32,000 nucleotides of DNA, taken from contig NC_022359.1 of the NCBI RefSeq assembly GCF_000354175.2, positions 1 to 32,000 of the forward strand, read 5' to 3'. The notes under the pieces are model-generated. The model saw only the letters and a list, made by a program, of their open reading frames with translations, ran no database searches and was not told the origin of the DNA. Source of the stretch: Vibrio alginolyticus NBRC 15630 = ATCC 17749. Lineage in GTDB: Bacteria; Pseudomonadota; Gammaproteobacteria; Enterobacterales; Vibrionaceae. The position numbers and the translations under genes are program-made. Below are positions 1-8,974 of this stretch, piece by piece; the first letter of the stretch is position 1, and each line of letters opens with the position of its first letter.

Positions 1-915
1 ATGGCAAAAGTCGTTAGCAAAGCGAATCAATCTCAGGGCATGTTGATGTTTAAGCTCACCCTGCAACAGAGTTTCGCTATCGGTACGCTAAAAGTCCGTG
101 AAATCGTCCCGTACATGCCAACGACAAAGATCCCTTACTCGCATCATCACGTCATTGGAACCGTTACGATACGTAACTTAACAGTACCAGTGATCGATAT
201 GTCAGCGGCTGTTGGCTTTCGTCCTATTAGTGAAGAAGAATATAAAAGCTGCTACTTGATCGTGACAGATTGCTTGCGAACCGTGGTTGCGTTTATGGTT
301 CGTAGTATAGAGAAGATCATTGAGTGCGATTGGAAAGCTATTGAAACGCCACCTCCGAGCGCTGGAAAAAATATTTTCGTGACTGGAATTACTCGCTACG
401 AGGACAAAACTGTTCAAATGCTGGATGTGGAGCTGCTACTTTCCAAAATTTATCCGCAGTACGAGAATTCAAAGATCCCAATGCTGACAGATATTGAGCG
501 AGAACGCCTAAAAGCACTCAGTATTCTATTGGTGGATGACTCTTCCATCGCTCGTAAACAGCTGTGTGACGCACTCGATAGCATCAATATTGGGTATCAA
601 ATCTGTAAAAATGGTTTAGATGCATTGGAACTGATGAAAAGTGACGCTGCGGCTCATCGCCCAATTGATATTCTGGTCAGCGATATTGAAATGCCCGGAT
701 TAGACGGTTATGAATTAGCATTTGAAGTTCAGAATAATTCCTCTCTGAACCATTCATACCGCATTTTACATACATCGTTATCGAGCGAAATCTGTGTAGA
801 CAGAGCTCACCAAGTTGGCGCGCATGAGGCACTTGAGAAATTCAATGCAGGAGAACTAATCGAAGCGATGCTTCGCGGAGCAAAAGAGCTAGAAGCCAAA
901 GCTATGACTTCTTAA
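1..915 (+). CDS. cheV: CheV-type chemotaxis coupling protein (CheW-like domain fused to a response-regulator receiver domain)
   Basis: The 304-aa ORF has an N-terminal CheW-like region. The C-terminal receiver has the LLVDDS acidic pocket and the phospho-acceptor context ILVSDIEMPGLDG. The ORF begins exactly at window base 1, so a longer upstream start cannot be excluded. Confidence 0.8.
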   Translation: MAKVVSKANQSQGMLMFKLTLQQSFAIGTLKVREIVPYMPTTKIPYSHHHVIGTVTIRNLTVPVIDMSAAVGFRPISEEEYKSCYLIVTDCLRTVVAFMVRSIEKIIECDWKAIETPPPSAGKNIFVTGITRYEDKTVQMLDVELLLSKIYPQYENSKIPMLTDIERERLKALSILLVDDSSIARKQLCDALDSINIGYQICKNGLDALELMKSDAAAHRPIDILVSDIEMPGLDGYELAFEVQNNSSLNHSYRILHTSLSSEICVDRAHQVGAHEALEKFNAGELIEAMLRGAKELEAKAMTS

Positions 916-995
916 CTCTTATTGGACGAGTTGATTTGAGAATATAATGCAGTACTTGTCCTATCCCTGATGCTCACATCCGCTAATTTCTCAGC

Positions 996-1532
996 TCACT
1001 TCTTTGGCATCGCGTAACTACGAGAAACGAATTCCGTCTCTTTGACTTGGTGAGCATGATTAATATAAGAAGCTAGGCTGTAAAGTACATTCGCTAATAA
1101 GTTCGCGTAACGAAACAAAATAGGTGCGGGCTGCTTCTTACCTGTATGTTCAACGGCAACTAATGCTCGTACCGTTTTTTTAGCTTGGCAACGGCACAAA
1201 TGCAATTGACTGGCTGCCGGGTGTCCTCCGGGTAGAACAAAGCCTTTGAAGCCACCATCAATGCGTTGCTTGAGCAAAGCATAATCGGCCTTTAACTCTT
1301 CAACTTCCGTCTCTGTAATCGCTAATTTTCCGCGAACCGAACCATTTAGATGATAAACATTAGGCTGCATTCTTGTCAGTATATCACGGCTAAACTCGTC
1401 CAACTCCATAGCGAGAACAAGGCCAATACGACTACAAAGTTCATCTGCTGTAATTTCAAAGTCACAAACCGGACTGTCCTCGTAAATAAACGGATAGCAA
1501 ATCTCGCTCAATTCCTTACTTACAGGTTTCAT
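996..1532 (-). CDS. PduO-type cob(I)alamin adenosyltransferase-fold protein (N-terminal ATP-binding motif not evident)
   Basis: The 178-aa ORF carries the PduO/MMAB core signature FVLPGGhpaAsqLHlcRcqakkt-R and a C-terminal helix YaNlLanvLy, which resembles YLNRLSDxLF. The expected N-terminal TGDxGxT motif is replaced by YEDSPVCD. The gene lies directly downstream of hutZ. Confidence 0.65.
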   Translation of the reverse strand: MKPVSKELSEICYPFIYEDSPVCDFEITADELCSRIGLVLAMELDEFSRDILTRMQPNVYHLNGSVRGKLAITETEVEELKADYALLKQRIDGGFKGFVLPGGHPAASQLHLCRCQAKKTVRALVAVEHTGKKQPAPILFRYANLLANVLYSLASYINHAHQVKETEFVSRSYAMPKK

Positions 1533-1546
1533 GCTTTTGTTCCAAT

Positions 1547-1582
1547 ATAAAAAAGGGAGTCAGTATAACCTAACTCCCTTTA
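1547..1582 (-). terminator. Rho-independent terminator after hutZ
   Basis: On the minus strand the sequence reads AAAGGGAGT-(12 nt loop)-ACTCCCTTTTTT. The plus-strand stem arms are 1552-1560 and 1573-1581. The T-tract corresponds to the plus-strand A-run at 1549-1554. Confidence 0.75.
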
Positions 1583-1629
1583 AACGTTCATTATGCCAAA
1601 TAATCGACATTCATATGATCGGTTTACAA

Positions 1630-2160
1630 TCAGGCACTTTCGACTTTCTTGTGACCTTCTTGAAGGTGAACAAAATCGACTAAATCATCACCAGACACTT
1701 GATACGCCTGACCAAAACCTTTAACAAATAGCCCCGATTCTGGCTTTAAGTTGAACAAAACGAAATCCTCTAGCTGGCTTAGACCATCAATAATCTCACC
1801 AAAACGCTCTTTCATTTGTCCAACAACTTGTTGCCACATCTCTGTGTCTCGCTCAACTACATTTGCTACCGCATCAAAAGTTAAGCGCTTACGAGCAAAC
1901 AGCTGCTTTGAAGACTCTTCATCTTCGATCATCATCAATGAAACATTTGGATTTTCTAAAAGGTTACGGGCATGACGAGCGATTTTAGAAATGAGAACGA
2001 AATAACCTTCCTGGTTTTGGACATAAGGCGCGTAGCTTACATTCGGGCGACCTTCTGCATCGACAGTTGCAAGCTGAAGTGTACGACGCTCCTGACGGAA
2101 CTCTTTGATCTCTGGCCCTAAACGACCTTGCAAACGCTCTTGTTTAACTTGTTGATCCAT
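1630..2160 (-). CDS. hutZ: Heme utilisation/degradation protein HutZ (PNPOx-like split-barrel fold)
   Basis: The 176-aa product is near-collinear with V. cholerae HutZ as I remember it (MDQQVKQERLQGRL..EIKEFRQER.TLQLATVDA.GRPNVSYAP..). It occupies the last position in the hutWXZ order. Confidence 0.9.
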   Translation of the reverse strand: MDQQVKQERLQGRLGPEIKEFRQERRTLQLATVDAEGRPNVSYAPYVQNQEGYFVLISKIARHARNLLENPNVSLMMIEDEESSKQLFARKRLTFDAVANVVERDTEMWQQVVGQMKERFGEIIDGLSQLEDFVLFNLKPESGLFVKGFGQAYQVSGDDLVDFVHLQEGHKKVESA

Positions 2161-2216
2161 ATTGATACCTGACTTTACTAATTAGTATTCGAGTTAAGCC
2201 TCGATTATGCTTGTGA

Positions 2217-2720
2217 TTACTTTTTTAATTCGGCTTGTAGAGCGCGAAATGCGGTGACTTGCTCTTCAATCAACTCGCGCTTTTCGTTACGGCCTAAATA
2301 AATCTTGAAAATATTGCTTCCGCACTCTGAGAAAAAACCAAAATAGTGACTCTCTCTACCCATAAACGGTTTACTGACTAATGCGACATTTTTAACGTTA
2401 TCTAATTTAAGGTGGCCGTGCAGTTCACCTTCTCTACCCATTAAATTGTAATAGCCACGCGCCACTTTTCCTTTTGGAAACGGCGCTTTAACTTCAAAGA
2501 TAGAACCAAAAGAGTGGACGATGGTCGTCACCGGGCCAAAACCAACCAAACTTTCTAAGATGCTTTGCGCTTGCTCTCCTGGTGCAATAGCCACCATTTC
2601 CTGAGGTAGAGCCGCAACAACCTCAAACTCGGAAATGCCAAGACGCTCTGCCATCGCAGCTGGCAATAATTGTGGTTCTTGCTCTAGTAATACTTCAACT
2701 TGTTGCTTGATTGATTCCAT
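2217..2720 (-). CDS. hutX: Cytoplasmic heme carrier HutX (ChuX/HuvX family)
   Basis: The 167-aa ORF lies between hutW and hutZ. Its size and synteny match the ChuX-like family. Confidence 0.88.
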   Translation of the reverse strand: MESIKQQVEVLLEQEPQLLPAAMAERLGISEFEVVAALPQEMVAIAPGEQAQSILESLVGFGPVTTIVHSFGSIFEVKAPFPKGKVARGYYNLMGREGELHGHLKLDNVKNVALVSKPFMGRESHYFGFFSECGSNIFKIYLGRNEKRELIEEQVTAFRALQAELKK

Positions 2721-2752
2721 TGTGTCTTCCGTTTCTGTTCAATTTGTTTTCA

Positions 2753-4123
2753 TTAATTATTGGATGCTTTCGGTACGGTTTCGTTCATCTCTGACGTGAG
2801 TACCTGAATACAACTTTGAGCCAATGACACAGCCCAGAAGCTGCCTGCAAGAGTAAGGACTGCGCTACGTTCATGTAGTTGTACTAAGCCTTTCGCTTGC
2901 CACACTTTAAATAGAGGCAATAAAAACCCGAACGCGTCCTCTCCCATAAATGATGGAAGTTGATTTGCTTGAACAATGCCACGGTCAAACGCAGATTTGA
3001 GTGCAGAAAAAAGTGGTTCTAGAGGGCTTTGCTTCATCATCATCGCGATGGCGCTTTGACCTTCTTTGACCGCTTTAATATAGGTCTCTAGTGTGCGGTG
3101 TTGCATCATCCCGTAGCCACCGATATTACCTCCAGCACCACAGCCAATTGGCAATACCTCTGCATAAGTCTTGGCTAAACTATTGTATAAACTACGCTCG
3201 CGGTTATCGATTGCCCAATGGTTCACACTCAGTTGCTTCATATGGTGTTTGGCCATAAAGTTCACACCGAGCTCATACATTCCCGCTTTTTCTGGTGTGG
3301 TCGCAGGTGGCGGGATTTTTCCCTTTTCTACGAGGTTGAGCATGGGAGCTGACCCACCAACCACTAACTGATACAAATCCAGTCCGTGTGCGCCAGTCGA
3401 GAGGAAATCATTTAAATCTTGCTCTAACACTTCTTTGGTTTGATAAGGTAAGCCATAGAGTAAATCGATAATGACCGGAATTTTGTCTTCTTTGGCGATC
3501 TCGCTCACTCGTTTGAGGACATCTTCCCTATCATCTAAACGTTTTGCGCTGCGGCGCACTTGTGTATTAAAACTTTGCACACCAAAAGAGAAACGATTAA
3601 ACCCACCCTCTAAAGCGCCTTGATACAACTCATCAGAAAAACGATTGATGCGACCTTCTAAGGTGATTTCGCAGTCTGCAGCCAAAGGAAAGTGGTCTCG
3701 GATAGCCTGGCCTAACACACGAACCTGTACTGGAGATAAATCCGTTGGCGTTCCGCCCCCGATATATACGGCGTGAAAAATACCATTTTGTGTCCAAGGT
3801 AATGCCGCTTTCTCTCTAAGCTCCTGCATTAATGCTTCAAAGTACTCATCAACCAGTGTGCGACTTGCAGCATTTTGAAAGAAGTTACAAAAAGTGCAAC
3901 GAACGCGACAAAACGGAACATGAATATAAAGACAGCGTTTATTGGTCGCTTTAATTGAGTTAGCCGTAATACTCGAAAAAATCGCCTGTTGTTGAGACGA
4001 GGGCACAGGTACGCTCGCTCCCCCGGCATGTGCAGAATGCTTCTTAACAAAAGCAAATCGCAATGGATCAGGACTATCACTGCCCAACACTGATTCATCA
4101 AGCTTATCGATATCGACGCTCAT
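2753..4123 (-). CDS. hutW: Radical-SAM heme-degrading enzyme HutW (ChuW/HemN-like, anaerobilin synthase family)
   Basis: The radical-SAM cluster motif CRVRCTFCNF (CxxxCxxC) is present together with HemN-like downstream motifs. I chose the start at the internal Met MSVDIDKLDE (4123). The longest ORF (to 4213) would run into the Fur-box region. Confidence 0.88.
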   Translation of the reverse strand: MSVDIDKLDESVLGSDSPDPLRFAFVKKHSAHAGGASVPVPSSQQQAIFSSITANSIKATNKRCLYIHVPFCRVRCTFCNFFQNAASRTLVDEYFEALMQELREKAALPWTQNGIFHAVYIGGGTPTDLSPVQVRVLGQAIRDHFPLAADCEITLEGRINRFSDELYQGALEGGFNRFSFGVQSFNTQVRRSAKRLDDREDVLKRVSEIAKEDKIPVIIDLLYGLPYQTKEVLEQDLNDFLSTGAHGLDLYQLVVGGSAPMLNLVEKGKIPPPATTPEKAGMYELGVNFMAKHHMKQLSVNHWAIDNRERSLYNSLAKTYAEVLPIGCGAGGNIGGYGMMQHRTLETYIKAVKEGQSAIAMMMKQSPLEPLFSALKSAFDRGIVQANQLPSFMGEDAFGFLLPLFKVWQAKGLVQLHERSAVLTLAGSFWAVSLAQSCIQVLTSEMNETVPKASNN

Positions 4124-4199
4124 ATATACTCGCTTAACTCCCATCATGTAAGGGATGGAAGCTGATCTTGAAAATTCTGCAAGAATCATAATTTGAGCG

Positions 4200-4226
4200 T
4201 AATGATAATGCAATTGATAATTGATC
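4200..4226. promoter_or_regulatory. Candidate Fur box(es) in the hutW / tonB1 divergent promoter region
   Basis: TAATGATAATGCAATTGATAATTGATC contains two GATAAT hexamers (4204-4209 and 4216-4221). It lies 77 nt from the hutW ATG and 58 nt from the tonB1 GTG. Iron and Fur control of this locus is established in V. cholerae. Confidence 0.6.
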
Positions 4227-4283
4227 TTATTTCCATTGTAAGTAATAATCTGCCCAAGTTTTCATAGTTTCCCGAGATATTCC

Positions 4284-5027
4284 GTGAACGTACAAAGATA
4301 TGTCATTGCAGGAGGTGCTTCCCTTGCCATCCATGCCGCACTTCTTTTTGTTTCTCAAGAGACAAAGGTGTTCGCGATGCCGGCTGGAAACCCAGCAAGT
4401 TCGGTAAGTCTAAATCTTGTGTCTGCTCCTCCCGCTGTCGAAAAATCTACACCAGAAAATGTAGCGCCACCAAAAGAGCAGCCTCAAGACCAACCTGAAC
4501 CAGAAAAGAAGATTGTAAAAAAACAGGTCGTCAAGAAAGACGCTGTTAAGAAGAAGGTAGTAGAGAAAAAACCAGAACCGGTTAAACAATCTAAACCTAA
4601 AACGGTCGAGCCCACCAAAACCGTAACAAAGCAAAAGGTTCAGCCCGAAGCGAAACCAAAGAAAAAAACGGAACCGGTGAAGAAAGAGACGGTAGCTCAA
4701 CAATCCGCACCTGCGAGCCAATCCAAAGGGGCAACGTCTCAGCCTGTCTTGGTCGACAAACCAACGTTTGTGAGTCAACCAACACAACCCCGTTACCCAA
4801 GGTCTGCACAAAGACGCGGTATTGAAGGTGTAGCCTTGTATGAGATATGGCTAGATGAGAATGGTAACCAGATTAAACAGGTTTTGATTGAGTCTTCCGG
4901 CACAGAGTCGCTAGATGCCTCAGCACTTCGTGCGATCAAACAGTGGCAATTTACACCACATATTTCAGGTGGGCTAAAAGTCGCTCACCGAGTACAAGTA
5001 CCTGTTCGTTTTAAGTTGGATGGATAA
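4284..5027 (+). CDS. tonB: TonB1 energy transducer
   Basis: The ORF has a GTG start and an N-terminal anchor. A Pro/Lys/Glu-rich spacer follows (PPKEQPQDQPEPEKK...). The C-terminal TonB domain reads YPRSAQRRGIEGVALYEIWLDENGN...SSG...LDASALRAIKQWQFTP. Confidence 0.88.
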   Translation: MNVQRYVIAGGASLAIHAALLFVSQETKVFAMPAGNPASSVSLNLVSAPPAVEKSTPENVAPPKEQPQDQPEPEKKIVKKQVVKKDAVKKKVVEKKPEPVKQSKPKTVEPTKTVTKQKVQPEAKPKKKTEPVKKETVAQQSAPASQSKGATSQPVLVDKPTFVSQPTQPRYPRSAQRRGIEGVALYEIWLDENGNQIKQVLIESSGTESLDASALRAIKQWQFTPHISGGLKVAHRVQVPVRFKLDG

Positions 5028-5725
5028 TGGAACAACTACAAGAATTACAAACTCAATTTGGGCTGATGACATGGCCTTTGATCATTTGCTCAGCTCTAAC
5101 CGTGATGATCATCGCCGAGCGATTATTCCATGTGTTAATTAGCCTTGGTGTAGGAAAGCGAGCCATTCGCCAAAAGCTCACAGGATTAGACCCAACAAAT
5201 GGGAGCGAACTTGAAGCACTTGCTGAAGAGTTGTCGAATAAGCGGCCGCTTCTGTACCGTGGTGTTGCGATGTTGCTTGCTCATCATTCGTTTTCGAAAT
5301 CTTTAAGAGAAGATGCCGCAGGTATTTGGCTGCAAGAAAAACGCCATCAGTTGCATTCCGGCCTTCGTTTGCTGACGCTGATTGGCGTCATCAGCCCTTT
5401 AATTGGCTTGCTTGGTACGGTACTTGGCTTAATTGACATGTTTAAAGGCATCGCGGTTTCAACGGGGAATATCACTCCGAATGATTTGGCTGACGGCCTA
5501 GGTCTTGCTATGCGCACCACTGCCGCGGGTCTCATTATCGCACTTCCTGCCATTTCAGGAGCGCAGATCATTGGTTTGTGGGCGGATCGTGTAATCGCCA
5601 AGCTTGAGCACACTTTAAACTACGTCAACTTATGGCTTGAAGGCATCTCGTTACAGCATGTCTCGCCAGACCACTCAAAAGTAACACTGCGCTCTTCTGG
5701 GAAGATTGAGGCCGCAAGTCAATGA
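5027..5725 (+). CDS. exbB: ExbB1 (MotA/TolQ/ExbB proton channel)
   Basis: The 232-aa product has TolQ/ExbB-type TM helices (GLLGTVLGLIDMF). Its start overlaps the tonB1 stop by 1 nt (TAATG). Confidence 0.9.
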   Translation: MEQLQELQTQFGLMTWPLIICSALTVMIIAERLFHVLISLGVGKRAIRQKLTGLDPTNGSELEALAEELSNKRPLLYRGVAMLLAHHSFSKSLREDAAGIWLQEKRHQLHSGLRLLTLIGVISPLIGLLGTVLGLIDMFKGIAVSTGNITPNDLADGLGLAMRTTAAGLIIALPAISGAQIIGLWADRVIAKLEHTLNYVNLWLEGISLQHVSPDHSKVTLRSSGKIEAASQ

Positions 5726-6135
5726 TTAAAACACCACAAGAAAATAGTCGTAACGGTTTAACCCCCGATTTAACACCGCTGTTAGACATTATTTTTATCG
5801 TCATGGTTTTCCTGATGTTAACCGCAGCGGTCAAACTCGATTCATTAGACGTCAATTTACCGAGCACAGAATCTCAGGCTGTTGCAGATGTCGATAAGCA
5901 ATCCATCACGGTAAATATTCTTAAAGACGAGCCTTACTGGGCTATTAACGGCAAGACATATATCGATTGGGACAACTTTACCCTCGCGCTGTTAGAAGAG
6001 AGTAAGTCAAGCGATAAACCGATTGTAATTGGAGCAGAAAAAACCGCGAATATTCAGTCGCTAGTACAACTTCTCGGCTTTTTACAAGAAAACGGAATTC
6101 AAGCAACTCAGTTACTCACTGAAGAGCCATCATAA
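5722..6135 (+). CDS. exbD: ExbD1 (biopolymer transport protein ExbD/TolR)
   Basis: The 137-aa product has the typical LTPLLDIIFIVMVFLM TM segment. It overlaps exbB1 in an ATGA motif. Confidence 0.9.
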   Translation: MIKTPQENSRNGLTPDLTPLLDIIFIVMVFLMLTAAVKLDSLDVNLPSTESQAVADVDKQSITVNILKDEPYWAINGKTYIDWDNFTLALLEESKSSDKPIVIGAEKTANIQSLVQLLGFLQENGIQATQLLTEEPS

Positions 6136-6163
6136 AAATAAGTAAGATAGAGATCCTTTCAAA

Positions 6164-7033
6164 ATGAAGAACACACGCATCACTATTCATGCTGTTGTCA
6201 CGGCAGCCATTTCCCTACTTGCGAGTAGTCAACTTTTTGCCAATGAAACGCCATCCTCAGAGCGCGTTGTTAGCGCAGGCAGCGCCGTCACTGAACTCTT
6301 GCTTGAACTCGACGCTAAAGATAGCTTGGTTGCTATCGACGTCACCAGTCAATTACCAAAAGGAATGGAACTGCCTAAAGTGGGCTACCATCGTCGTCTT
6401 TCAGCGGAGGGGTTGCTCGCCTTACGTCCGACAAAAGTCATTGGTTCTGATGAGATGGGGCCGAAAACAACATTGAGCCAATTGAAATCGGCTGGCGTAG
6501 ATGTAGAAATCGTTAATACTGATGCAAATGTCGAGGGCCTTTATCAACGTATTGATCAAATTGCGAACCTTATGGATCGCAAAGCTCAAGCTGAAAGCTT
6601 AAAGCAAGATGTCCAGGCGCAAGTACAAGCACTCAATGCAAACCAACCTGATCAAGCGAAGAAAAAGAAAGTGCTCTTTCTGCTGATCCATGAAGGGCGA
6701 CCTGCAAATGTTGCGGGCTCACAAACGACACCCGATGCAATTATTCAACTCGCCGGCGGACAAAACCCAGCCGCTACACAACTCTCGTCTTACAAGCCTC
6801 TATCCACAGAAGCGATGGTAGAGATGCAGCCTGACGTGATTCTTGTTAGTGGTCGCAGCTATGAAACGTTGGGTGGTGCCGATGCAATTTTAAAAGCAAT
6901 GCCGCTTCTTGCTGCAACACCCGCTGGAAAGAACAAAGACATCATAACGATTGATGGCCATGCTCTGGTAGGTGGTTTGGGCCTTAAAAGCCTTGCAGAA
7001 GCTAAACGCTTGAATGCACTGCTTTACCCATAG
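6164..7033 (+). CDS. hutB: Periplasmic hemin-binding protein HutB (ChuT/HemT/ShuT family)
   Basis: There is a Sec signal (…LLASSQLFA/NE) and a class-III periplasmic-binding-protein layout. The gene sits upstream of the hutC/hutD permease and ATPase. Confidence 0.85.
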   Translation: MKNTRITIHAVVTAAISLLASSQLFANETPSSERVVSAGSAVTELLLELDAKDSLVAIDVTSQLPKGMELPKVGYHRRLSAEGLLALRPTKVIGSDEMGPKTTLSQLKSAGVDVEIVNTDANVEGLYQRIDQIANLMDRKAQAESLKQDVQAQVQALNANQPDQAKKKKVLFLLIHEGRPANVAGSQTTPDAIIQLAGGQNPAATQLSSYKPLSTEAMVEMQPDVILVSGRSYETLGGADAILKAMPLLAATPAGKNKDIITIDGHALVGGLGLKSLAEAKRLNALLYP

Positions 7034-7042
7034 AGACATGAC

Positions 7043-8080
7043 ATGTTGTTAAGACGCATCCCCCTTTCAACGACGTTATCAGTGCTTAGTGGATTTTTAG
7101 CATTTATTGCTATCGCCTCTATTACCGTTGGCCCAATGAACATTAGCTTTGCTGACAGTTTGCGTAGCCTAACGGGAGGCAGTTCTGATCTCGCTCCTCA
7201 CATTCAGTTGGTCATTAACGAAATCCGATTGCCTCGCACCATTTTGTGTATGTTCATCGGCGCCATTTTGGCAATTTGTGGTGTGGTTATGCAGGGCTTG
7301 TTCCGTAACCCATTAGCCGAGCCTGGTATCATTGGTGTGTCTGCTGGCGCTGCTCTTGGTGGTGCATTCGCTATTGTTGTATTTGCTGAATTTAGCCAAA
7401 ACTATCCGCAACTAATGAACTTAGCGGCTTTGCCTCTTTTTGCTTTCCTTGGCGGTGCACTAACGACTATTCTCGTTTATAAACTCGGCACAAGTAAGTT
7501 TGGTACCTCAGTTACAATTATGTTGTTAGCCGGCGTTGCCATCAGCGCGCTCTCGGGTGCTGCGATTGGCTACATGAACTTTATCGCAGATGATCAGATG
7601 CTGCGAGACTTGACGCTTTGGTCGATGGGCTCATTAGCTGGTGCAAATTGGTCAGGGATTGCTCTATCTGCTGTAACACTCGTCATCCTATTGCTCTGGT
7701 TTCAGAAGAAGTCGATGGCGCTGAATGCTCTGTTGTTAGGGGAATCAGAAGCAAGACACTTAGGAGTTCCGGTTCAAAAACTCAAACGTCAGCTTATTTT
7801 ACTTTCTGCACTGGGTGTTGGTATTACGGTGAGCATCAGTGGTGCAATTGGCTTTATTGGGCTCGTGATTCCTCACTTAGGGCGCATGCTCGCTGGGCCT
7901 GACCATCGAACGCTATTACCAATATCTGCCTTAATGGGAGCACTGCTTCTTACTGCCGCAGATATGTTTGCTCGTGTTGCTGTGGCACCAGCTGAATTAC
8001 CAGTTGGAATCGTGACCGCATTGATTGGCGCGCCCTTTTTCATCTACTTATTGTTCCAGCAAAAAGGGAAGATTTTGTAA
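7043..8080 (+). CDS. hutC: Hemin ABC transporter permease HutC (FecCD family)
   Basis: The 345-aa polytopic membrane protein has FecCD hallmarks (LPRTILCMFIGAILAICGVVMQGLFRNPLAEPGIIGVSAGA; ALIGAPFFIYLL). Confidence 0.9.
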   Translation: MLLRRIPLSTTLSVLSGFLAFIAIASITVGPMNISFADSLRSLTGGSSDLAPHIQLVINEIRLPRTILCMFIGAILAICGVVMQGLFRNPLAEPGIIGVSAGAALGGAFAIVVFAEFSQNYPQLMNLAALPLFAFLGGALTTILVYKLGTSKFGTSVTIMLLAGVAISALSGAAIGYMNFIADDQMLRDLTLWSMGSLAGANWSGIALSAVTLVILLLWFQKKSMALNALLLGESEARHLGVPVQKLKRQLILLSALGVGITVSISGAIGFIGLVIPHLGRMLAGPDHRTLLPISALMGALLLTAADMFARVAVAPAELPVGIVTALIGAPFFIYLLFQQKGKIL

Positions 8081-8862
8081 TGAACCAGATCGTTTTATCG
8101 GGGAAAAACATTTCGATGACGTATGGCAACCGTGTGGTGCTCGATGACATCAACATTGATATCCGAGCTGGTGAAGTGACCGCCCTACTCGGCCCCAATG
8201 GCGCAGGTAAAAGTACTTTGCTCAAGCTTCTATGCGGTGAGATCTCTTCGAATCATCACATCACCTACTTCGGTAAACAAAAGCATGATTGGGAGCCTGA
8301 AAAAAGCGCCAAACATATTGCAATGCTCCCGCAGCACAGCACCTTAACCTTCCCATTTCTAGCCAGAGAAGTCGTAGAGTTGGGGGCAATACCGCTATCA
8401 CTGTCCAATAAAGAAACCACTAAACTGGCTTTACATTACATGGAACAAACCGACGTATTGCATTTAGCAGAAAGCCTGTACCCGTCTTTATCTGGTGGAG
8501 AAAAGCAACGACTGCATCTAGCACGAGTGATGACACAACTACATCAATCTGGCGAAAAACGAATCTTAATGCTTGATGAACCTACCTCAGCGTTGGATCT
8601 CGCCCACCAACACAACACGTTAAAGATTGCTCGTGAAACGGCAAAAGCACAAAACGCAGCGGTGGTTGTGGTGTTACATGACTTGAATCTAGCCTCTCAG
8701 TACGCAGACCGCCTTGTACTCTTGCATAACGGGAAACTAGTTTGTGATGACACGCCATGGAATGCACTAACGTCAGAGCGCATTGAGCAAGTTTATGGCT
8801 ATCGATCTATTGTGACAAAACATCCGACGCTAGACTTCCCTCAAGTGCATGCCGCAGCATAA
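8080..8862 (+). CDS. hutD: Hemin ABC transporter ATPase HutD
   Basis: It has Walker A GPNGAGKST, signature LSGGEKQR and Walker B LMLDEPTSALD. It overlaps the hutC stop by 1 nt. Confidence 0.92.
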   Translation: MNQIVLSGKNISMTYGNRVVLDDINIDIRAGEVTALLGPNGAGKSTLLKLLCGEISSNHHITYFGKQKHDWEPEKSAKHIAMLPQHSTLTFPFLAREVVELGAIPLSLSNKETTKLALHYMEQTDVLHLAESLYPSLSGGEKQRLHLARVMTQLHQSGEKRILMLDEPTSALDLAHQHNTLKIARETAKAQNAAVVVVLHDLNLASQYADRLVLLHNGKLVCDDTPWNALTSERIEQVYGYRSIVTKHPTLDFPQVHAAA

Positions 8863-8905
8863 AGCGTATCTCCTCTAAGCCGTCTCTAAAACACTTTGAT
8901 ACGAC

Positions 8906-8941
8906 AAAGGCCCGCAATATGAGAATTGCGGGCCTTTGCTT
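8906..8941. terminator. Bidirectional rho-independent terminator (hutD / TetR gene)
   Basis: A perfect 13-bp stem, AAAGGCCCGCAAT (8906-8918) with ATTGCGGGCCTTT (8925-8937), encloses a 6-nt loop. It sits between convergent genes. Confidence 0.8.
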
Positions 8942-8974
8942 TGATAGTGGCAGAATTTGGTGCTTTAAAGGCTA

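Noticed and set aside
4124-4213. A longer hutW start (486-aa ORF beginning MHYHYAQIM...).
   Set aside because: The extension would start inside the Fur-box and promoter region (4200-4226) and adds a segment that does not look conserved. The internal start MSVDIDK at 4123 gives the expected size of about 456 aa.
4410-4811. ORFs of 133 aa and 70 aa antisense to tonB1.
   Set aside because: They are Arg/Leu/Phe-rich, low-complexity mirror images of the Pro/Lys/Glu-rich TonB spacer codons. They lie entirely inside a well-supported CDS and have no SD.
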